From assembly GCA_035559535.1 (NCBI GenBank), contig DATMBG010000016.1, positions 1 to 56,230 on the forward strand: a stretch of DNA of 56,230 nt, in the 5' to 3' direction. Made by a program: the position numbers and the translations under genes. Below the pieces are notes generated by a model. It saw only the letters and a list, made by a program, of their open reading frames with translations. It had not been told where the DNA came from and did no database searches. This stretch comes from Candidatus Limnocylindrales bacterium (lineage in GTDB: Bacteria; Moduliflexota; Moduliflexia; Moduliflexales; JAUQPW01). This document shows positions 49,637-56,230 of this stretch, piece after piece. The stretch's first letter is position 1, and the number at the start of each line of letters is the position of its first letter.

Positions 49637-49667
49637 TATCTTTGTGTCCATATAAGATGAGAGAGTT

Positions 49668-50669
49668 ATGTTAATTTTAGGTATTGAATCATCCTGTGAT
49701 GATACGGCGGCTGCGGTTGTAGAGGACGGGGTTAAGATCCTTTCCAATGTTATTTCTTCTCAAAACGAATTTCACCAAAAATATGGGGGGATCGTTCCGG
49801 AAATTGCTTCTCGGAAGCATGTAGAGTTGATTTTGTATGTTATTGATGAAGCCTTAAAGAAAGCCGGAATTACCCTGGATGATCCGGAGGCTATCGCAGT
49901 GACCTATAAGCCTGGGTTGGTAGGATCTTTGTTGGTTGGACTTTCGGCAGCCAAAGCTATAGCCTATGCACGTCGTAAACCGTTGGTCGGGGTCAACCAT
50001 ATCGAAGCCCATGCCTATGCGAATTTTATGGAACACCCGGATCTGGAAGTACCTCATCTGGATTTAACGGTGTCAGGGGGGCATACGTTATTGGTTTATA
50101 TTAAGTCTCCAACAGAACATGAGATTCTCGGTGGAACCGTGGATGATGCGGTAGGAGAAGCCTATGATAAAATCGCTAAATTTTTGAATCTGGGATTTCC
50201 CGGAGGGCCCATTATCGATCGACTTGCCAAAGGTGGAGATCCCAAAGCCATTGATTTTCCTCGGCCACTTTTGAACAGTGGAGATTATAATTTCAGTTTT
50301 AGTGGGTTAAAAACAGCCGTAACCTACTTTGTTAGAGAAGCCAAAGCACAGGGTAAAGAGGTTCGAGAAGAAGACCTGTTGGCTAGTTTTCAACAGGCAG
50401 CGGTGGATGTACTGGTTGCAAAACTCTTGAAAGCCAGTGAGGAAAAACGGGTTTCTACCGTCACTTTATCCGGCGGGGTCGCTGCCAACAGCCTGTTACG
50501 GAAAACCTTATCCGAAAAAGGCCGTGAGTTGGGTTTAAAAGTGGTTTATCCCAGTCTGGCTTTGTGTACGGATAACGCTGCCATTATAGCCGGACTCGGA
50601 TATCATCTCTTTAAAAAAGGGGTACGGAGTGGCTTAGACTTAAGTGCCAAAGCCAATCTGGAGTTCTAA
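49668..50669 (+). CDS. tsaD: tRNA N6-adenosine threonylcarbamoyltransferase
   Basis: LGIESSCDD, GGIVPEIASRKH, NHIEAH, VSGGHT, GEAYDK, SFSGLKT, CTDNA. Confidence 0.98.
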   Translation: MLILGIESSCDDTAAAVVEDGVKILSNVISSQNEFHQKYGGIVPEIASRKHVELILYVIDEALKKAGITLDDPEAIAVTYKPGLVGSLLVGLSAAKAIAYARRKPLVGVNHIEAHAYANFMEHPDLEVPHLDLTVSGGHTLLVYIKSPTEHEILGGTVDDAVGEAYDKIAKFLNLGFPGGPIIDRLAKGGDPKAIDFPRPLLNSGDYNFSFSGLKTAVTYFVREAKAQGKEVREEDLLASFQQAAVDVLVAKLLKASEEKRVSTVTLSGGVAANSLLRKTLSEKGRELGLKVVYPSLALCTDNAAIIAGLGYHLFKKGVRSGLDLSAKANLEF

Positions 50670-50678
50670 TTAGTATCC

Positions 50679-51332
50679 ATGATCCGACAACCGCCTATAA
50701 GAGACTGCCGATATGGCTTGGATCTTCAGATCCTTCAAGAAGCTGTAGAGATCCTACGAGAGGGGGGAATTGTTGTCTGCCCTACCGATACGGGGTATTT
50801 GCTGGGAGGGGATGGTCTTCGGGAAGAGGTTATCCGAAAAATTTTTGAAATTAAAGGACGTTCCTTCAATAAACCGATTCATCTGGTGGTATCGGATAAG
50901 GAGATGGCTCAGCGACTGGCCGTCTGGAATGAAAAAGCGGAAAAGTTGTTTCGAGAACTTCTCCCAGGGCCACTCACCCTCATTCTTAAAAAAAAGGAAA
51001 TCGTTCCAGACCTGCTGGTTAGTGGAACCGGAAAAATCGGATTACGGATGCCTGGAAATAATCTGGTTCTGCAATTGGTAGCGGCCGCCGGGGTACCTAT
51101 TACCGCTACCAGTGCCAATAGCTCCGGAAAGGAATCCCCTTTTACCGTAGAAGAAGTGCTCCAACAACTGGAGGAAGGACTGGAAAGGGTCGATTTAATT
51201 TTGGATCAGGGAGAGACCCTTTATCGAAGGTCATCGACTATTGTGGATATATCGGAAGAGACACCGAAGGTTTTAAGGGAAGGACCTATCTCCCCTCAGC
51301 AAATCTTTACAATTTTAGGCTCTTCCTATTGA
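50679..51332 (+). CDS. tsaC: L-threonylcarbamoyladenylate synthase (TsaC/YrdC/Sua5 family)
   Basis: PTDTGY, KGR..NKP, PGPLT, LRMP, TSAN, STIVD, LREG. Confidence 0.93.
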   Translation: MIRQPPIRDCRYGLDLQILQEAVEILREGGIVVCPTDTGYLLGGDGLREEVIRKIFEIKGRSFNKPIHLVVSDKEMAQRLAVWNEKAEKLFRELLPGPLTLILKKKEIVPDLLVSGTGKIGLRMPGNNLVLQLVAAAGVPITATSANSSGKESPFTVEEVLQQLEEGLERVDLILDQGETLYRRSSTIVDISEETPKVLREGPISPQQIFTILGSSY

Positions 51333-51358
51333 CAGAGAACTTATCTACCTCGTATATT
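51329..51358 (+). promoter_or_regulatory. Putative sigma70 promoter of the tRNA
   Basis: TTGACA-N18-TATATT overlapping the tsaC stop. Confidence 0.6.
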
Positions 51359-51376
51359 AAAACTTGCTTATCTGGT

Positions 51377-51451
51377 GTCCCCATCGTCTAGCCCGGCTTA
51401 GGACATCGCCCTTTCACGGCGGCAACGGGGGTTCAAATCCCCCTGGGGACG
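51377..51451 (+). tRNA. tRNA-Glu(TTC), CCA not encoded
   Basis: Acceptor GTCCCCA/TGGGGAC, anticodon arm TCGCC-CTTTCAC-GGCGG, T arm GGGGG-TTCAAAT-CCCCC. Confidence 0.97.
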
Positions 51452-51462
51452 TTCAATCAGTT

Positions 51463-51498
51463 AAGGGATTACCGGAGTGTAATCCCTTTTTTATTTTT
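51463..51498 (+). terminator. Rho-independent terminator
   Basis: AAGGGATTAC-CGGAGT-GTAATCCCTT followed by a T run. Confidence 0.8.
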
Positions 51499-52026
51499 GA
51501 AGGTCTTAAACCTAAGAAAGGGGTGAAAGATTCACCCCGGGATGAAAGAATTTTCAGGCTTTTATCTCTAAATACCTTACCTTTGCCTCTAACTGCCTGC
51601 ACAGGAATTCAGGAACTCTCCCCATTTACCGCTCGTCGACTCACTTTAACTACCTGGATAAGGATTAAGGAGCTGGTGTAGGACCTACCGGAAAGTCTAT
51701 TGGAAGGGCTTTACCAATAGCCGTAGCTTCAGGGCTACACTCGGAGTGTCCGAATCCACCGGTACTAACGGGATGGCCTTGAGCATTTAAGGTAATATAA
51801 TAAAAAGCATTATCGAAAGTAGAAAACGAGTTTTTGTGGACATAGATCTTCTCCTTCATTGTTTATCCCAGGGTCTTGAATTTAAAAAACCATGGGATAA
51901 TAAGAAAAATAGGAACCTATTTAAAATAAACCCAAATATCGAGGGTCTATCACCGCTTCCGCTACGTGGGGGGAGGTTTCCTTCGGAGCTTGAAACGGAG
52001 CTTGAAAAAATTCTGGATTTCTGAAT

Positions 52027-52090
52027 CCCCCGACTTGCGTCGGGGGCCACCAACCATTCGTCCCTGCCGGGACTTTTCAGCTTAACTTGG
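52027..52090. repeat. Bipartite hairpin repeat, inverted sibling of 1579-1662
   Basis: CCCCCGACTTGCGTCGGGGG plus TTCGTCCCTGCCGGGACTTTTCAGCTTAACTTGG. Confidence 0.75.
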
Positions 52091-52622
52091 CGTGTAGGGA
52101 GTTAGGGGGTCAGGTTGGTAAAAAGATACCCTTGGAAGGGGGATAGTATCGGTCAGAAGATAAAATTTTATTTAAAATAAGATAAAAAGGGATATATTTG
52201 AGTATAATTATCTAAACTTACTTTTAAAATTTATTTTCTGCTGGTTATTAATGAGGGGGAGCAGGGCTTTCAGGGGTAGTTAACCTAGAAGGCTTTTTAG
52301 AGAAAGCTTGTAGATAGGCCCCCTTTCCCGACCCTTCCCCCACTGGGGCAGGAGGACTTTGCTCCGAAGTTCCCTCTCCTGCCAAACGAGGGGAGGGACA
52401 GGGTGGGAGCGCGCTTACTAACCCGCACTTCCACAAAAACCTCCTCCAGAAAGGAGAAGCGAGGGGGTAAAGAAAGAATGGTTTTTAAATTTAACTCTAC
52501 AGGATGCTTATACGATTTAAAATTCGGGTAAAATTAGGGGCCCCTGGCTTTGAGGTAAGAATAAATCAAAACCTTTAAAGTCAGGAGTGTAGGCGTCCGG
52601 CCTGCCTGTCTCCTCTAACTTT

Positions 52623-55600
52623 ATGGAAAACCATCTAAATACCCTGATCCAACAGATCAGCTCTTTTACCAGGATCCCCATCTCCGTTTATCGCCTTCAA
52701 TTCAATCATACTTTTACCTTTCGGGATGCCCAACGGCTCATTCCCTATCTCTACGAGCTAGGGATCAGCGACTGTTACGCCTCTCCTTACATGAAGGCAC
52801 GACCGGGAAGCCTGCACGGTTATGATATCATAGATCATAATGCCCTTAATCCAGAAATCGGAACAGAGGAAGATTACCAAGCATTCGTGCAGGAATTGAG
52901 AGCACACGGCATGGGCCATATTCTCGATTTTGTACCCAATCATGTTGGAATTGCAGAAAGTAGTAATCCCTGGTGGCAGGATGTTCTCGAGAATGGTCCG
53001 AGTTCCCGCTTTGCCTCTTTTTTCGATATCGATTGGAAACCTTTGAAACCCGAATTGGAGAACAAAGTCCTTCTTCCTATTTTAGGGGATCAATACGGTA
53101 AAGTTTTGGAAAATCAAGAACTGATTTTGACCTTTGAAGAGGGTGCGTTTTTTGTTCGGTATCATCAACATAAATTACCCATTGCGCCCCGGACCTCTGC
53201 CCATATCTTAAAACATCGCCTTTCTGAACTGGAGAAAATCCTCGGAAGTGAACATCCGCACTTTCTGGAATATCAAAGTATTCTGACCGCTTTAAGCTAC
53301 CTCCCCCCACGTACTGAAAAGGATCCACAAAAAATTGCCGAGAGACATCGCGAAAAGGAAATCATCAAAAAACGACTTGCCAATCTATGTAGCGAGAGCC
53401 CCGAGGTCAGAGCTTTTATTGAAGAGAACATCCGGATCTTCAACGGTGTAAAAGGGGATCCCCGGAGTTTTGACCTTTTGGATGCACTTTTAGATGCCCA
53501 GGCCTACCGTTTAGCCCATTGGTATGTAGCCGGCGAGGAGATCAACTATCGTCGGTTTTTTGATATTAACGAACTGGCCGCGATTCGTATGGAAAACCCG
53601 GAGGTCTTCCAGGAAACCCACCGGCTCCTCTTTCAATTGATCCGGGAAGGGAAAGTAACCGGTCTGAGGATTGATCACTCTGATGGTCTCTTCAATCCAG
53701 CACAATACTTTTTACAACTCCAGAAAAATTGCCTGCTTCAGTGGGCAAAAAGTCAAGAAGGGGAGAAGGAGAGAAAGGAAGAAGGAGAAGAGGAAGAAAC
53801 CTTCCAGCACTTATTGTTTCAACGTTTCGAGGCAGAATGGAGGAAGAATCCCCATGCCCCTCTGGTACGCCCCTTTTATTTAATTGCAGAAAAGATTTTG
53901 AGCGAAGGGGAAAACCTGCCGGAGGATTGGGTTATCTATGGTACGGTGGGATATGATTTCATGAATACCCTCAATGGGCTTTTCGTGAATAGATTCCATG
54001 AAAGGGCCTTTACCACCCTTTATGCCAAATTTATCGGAACGCGGATTCACTTTCCGGATCTGGTTTATGAGAAAAAGAAGTACATTATGGAAGTTGCAAT
54101 GTCCAGTGAGATTAATGTCCTGGGTCATCAGTTGAATCGAATTTCAGAGAAAAATAGAAAATTCAGAGACTTTACCTTAAACAGCTTAACCAATGCAGTT
54201 CGGGAGATTATCGCCTGTTTTCCCATCTATAGAACCTATATAGGAAGTTATAACGATACCGTTACAGAAAGGGATCGAGTGTATATTCACCAGGCAGTTG
54301 AAACTGCTAAAAAGAAAGGACATATTATCGGCTTATCTGTTTTTGATTTTGTGAAGGATATTCTGCTCCTCAAGGATCTGGAAACATTGGATGAGTCAGA
54401 CCGTATCGAGCAAAAGAATTTTGTGATGAGATTTCAACAATTCACCGGTCCGGTGATGGCTAAAGGCCTTGAAGATACGGCATTTTACATTTACAACCGT
54501 CTGCTATCTTTGAATGAAGTGGGCGGAAATCCTCAAAAATTCGGGATTTCTGTAGATACGTTTCATAAAAAGAACCTGGAACGCCTTAAACACTGGCCCT
54601 ATTCTCTACTTTCCACCTCAACCCACGATACCAAACGGGGAGAAGACGTTCGGGCCCGTATTAACGTCCTTTCTGAACTTCCCCAGGAATGGAGGAGTTG
54701 TCTGACCCGATGGAGTCGGCTCAATAAAAAGAAAAAAATAGTCGTCAACGGTCAATGGGTTCCCGATCCCAATGAAGAATATCTGCTTTATCAAACCCTG
54801 CTGGGGGCCTGGCCCTTTCAGATGAAGAATCAGGAAGAATATCAGACCTTTCAAGAGAGAATTCAAGAATACATGCAAAAAGCGATTAAAGAGGCCAAGA
54901 TCCATACCAGTTGGATTAACCCCAATAAAGAATATGACGAGGCGGTCAGGGCTTTTGTGGCCGCCATTCTGGATAACTCTAAGCCCAATCCTTTCCTGGA
55001 AGATTTTAAAATCTTTCAAAGAAAAATTGCCGATTACGGTATCTATAATTCCCTTTCCCAGACACTTCTCAAGTTAACTTCTCCGGGAATCCCGGAGATT
55101 TATCAGGGTAGTGAACTTTGGAACCTCAGTCTGGTAGATCCAGATAATCGAAGGCCCGTAGACTATACCCTAAGACGTCAGATGCTCTCTGCCTTAAAGG
55201 AGCGGATCTTTGGATCCTCCTCATCCCCCCTTCCCCCAGGTTGGGAGAGCCAGGAGGTAAAGGGAGATCTGATCAAGCTGGTCAGGGAACTAGTCGAGAC
55301 CAGAGAGGATGGTCGGATTAAGTTATATGTGATCTATCGAACCCTGACCTATCGGCGAACAAAAAAGGAGCTTTTTCTAAAAGGGTCTTATATTCCCTTA
55401 AAAAATAGAGGGGGTAAAAAGGATCAGGTCTGTGCTTTTATCCGAAAATATGAAGACCAGGCCATCATAGTGGTTGTGCCCAGACTTCTGACTCGAATTC
55501 TACGGGCTCCAGAAGAGTTACCCCTGGGTCAGCAGGTATGGGGAGATTCTTTTCTCGTACTTCCCCATGAGAAAGCTGGACAAAGATATTATAATATTTT

Positions 55601-55703
55601 CAGCGGAGAAACCCTGGAGACCGGTCAGAGAAATGAAACCGTTATCCTGCCCCTCAATCGTATTTTTGCAAACTTTCCGGTGGCGTTATTGGAACGACGT
55701 TAA
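52623..55703 (+). CDS. treY: Malto-oligosyltrehalose synthase (GH13)
   Basis: YRLQF, GSLHGYD, DFVPNH, INYRRFFDIN, GLRIDH, EKIL, STHDTKRGED, SLVDPDNRRPVDY. Confidence 0.97.
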   Translation: MENHLNTLIQQISSFTRIPISVYRLQFNHTFTFRDAQRLIPYLYELGISDCYASPYMKARPGSLHGYDIIDHNALNPEIGTEEDYQAFVQELRAHGMGHILDFVPNHVGIAESSNPWWQDVLENGPSSRFASFFDIDWKPLKPELENKVLLPILGDQYGKVLENQELILTFEEGAFFVRYHQHKLPIAPRTSAHILKHRLSELEKILGSEHPHFLEYQSILTALSYLPPRTEKDPQKIAERHREKEIIKKRLANLCSESPEVRAFIEENIRIFNGVKGDPRSFDLLDALLDAQAYRLAHWYVAGEEINYRRFFDINELAAIRMENPEVFQETHRLLFQLIREGKVTGLRIDHSDGLFNPAQYFLQLQKNCLLQWAKSQEGEKERKEEGEEEETFQHLLFQRFEAEWRKNPHAPLVRPFYLIAEKILSEGENLPEDWVIYGTVGYDFMNTLNGLFVNRFHERAFTTLYAKFIGTRIHFPDLVYEKKKYIMEVAMSSEINVLGHQLNRISEKNRKFRDFTLNSLTNAVREIIACFPIYRTYIGSYNDTVTERDRVYIHQAVETAKKKGHIIGLSVFDFVKDILLLKDLETLDESDRIEQKNFVMRFQQFTGPVMAKGLEDTAFYIYNRLLSLNEVGGNPQKFGISVDTFHKKNLERLKHWPYSLLSTSTHDTKRGEDVRARINVLSELPQEWRSCLTRWSRLNKKKKIVVNGQWVPDPNEEYLLYQTLLGAWPFQMKNQEEYQTFQERIQEYMQKAIKEAKIHTSWINPNKEYDEAVRAFVAAILDNSKPNPFLEDFKIFQRKIADYGIYNSLSQTLLKLTSPGIPEIYQGSELWNLSLVDPDNRRPVDYTLRRQMLSALKERIFGSSSSPLPPGWESQEVKGDLIKLVRELVETREDGRIKLYVIYRTLTYRRTKKELFLKGSYIPLKNRGGKKDQVCAFIRKYEDQAIIVVVPRLLTRILRAPEELPLGQQVWGDSFLVLPHEKAGQRYYNIFSGETLETGQRNETVILPLNRIFANFPVALLERR

Positions 55704-56229
55704 AAAGGAGTCTTCTCTTCCCTAAGGGATAAACCCATATAGCGGCCAGGGTCCCACATCCTACCAGACTCAACCAGGCCCCTAATTTATAGGATACCGG
55801 CTGATACCTGAGTTCTACCCGATGGACTCCTGATTCTACATAGAGGGATCGAATAAAATAATCCGTCAGGTATACTTTCCTTTCCCGACCGTCTACATAT
55901 CCTTTCCATCCCGGAAAGTAAGCATCTCCCAATACGATAAACCCATCATGTTCCATTCTGGCCTTTAGGATGACGCGATTGGGTGTATAGGCTTCGATCT
56001 CTACATCCGATTTGTCCTCCACCGGAGCCCCGTAACCTGTTAACATCCCCACCTCTTCTACGTTCTCTTCTAAAAGGATCTGTCTTCGCAGATCAAAGGA
56101 AGCATCCTTCAACCGCTGAATCACCTCCTCAGGATCTGATACCACAAAAGCCCGATGCACCACAAAAACCCGAGGAAAGGCTTGCTCGTTGCGATAAACA
56201 TTGGCTTCTTGTTGGTAGACCAGGGTGAA
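55654..56229 (-). CDS. YfhO-like membrane protein, C-terminal part (runs off the window)
   Basis: Frame stays open to the window edge (..VYRNEQAFPRVF..); DAYFPGWKGYVDG, GVHRVELRYQP plus terminal TM. Confidence 0.85.
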   Translation of the reverse strand, partial: FTLVYQQEANVYRNEQAFPRVFVVHRAFVVSDPEEVIQRLKDASFDLRRQILLEENVEEVGMLTGYGAPVEDKSDVEIEAYTPNRVILKARMEHDGFIVLGDAYFPGWKGYVDGRERKVYLTDYFIRSLYVESGVHRVELRYQPVSYKLGAWLSLVGCGTLAAIWVYPLGKRRLLFNVVPITPPESLQKYD

Positions 56230-56230
56230 G

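Noticed and set aside
51364-51681. 105-aa ORF over the tRNA
   Set aside because: Shadow ORF of tRNA-Glu and its terminator
51452-52622. Integrated island at tRNA-Glu
   Set aside because: No integrase and no duplicated tRNA 3' end seen
55654-55703. 50-bp convergent overlap of treY and the YfhO-like gene
   Set aside because: Short 3' overlaps are common; nothing indicates a function

Overview
Bacterial chromosomal window; the taxon cannot be determined from the sequence alone. It opens with the right-hand part of a CRISPR array (18 x 37-bp repeats, no cas genes in the window), followed by a nest of small inverted-repeat elements and a hypA-F-C-D-E [NiFe]-hydrogenase maturation cluster lacking hypB. 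Next is an envelope block: a 1287-aa membrane-anchored coiled-coil/OmpA-MotB-domain protein, a SpoIVB(S55)-like peptidase and a beta-propeller protein. Then come ubiX-trmB, a surface-glycosylation-type cluster (FG-GAP protein, polytopic membrane proteins, SGNH, GT4), a Zn-ADH, bactofilin, a TPR-cNMP protein, tgt-yajC-secD-secF, a LysM protein, a class III cyclase with two substituted catalytic residues, an orphan ACP, moaC, ispH, GT2, tsaD-tsaC-tRNA-Glu, treY and a truncated YfhO-like gene. Intergenic DNA is crowded with at least six families of short palindromic, REP/MITE/STRR-like repeats; some sit in frame inside genes or overlap start and stop codons. The best leads are the giant repeat-expanded envelope rod and its neighbours, the degenerate cyclase, and the repeat-derived peptide inserts. 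All family calls are by motif recognition only; no searches were run.
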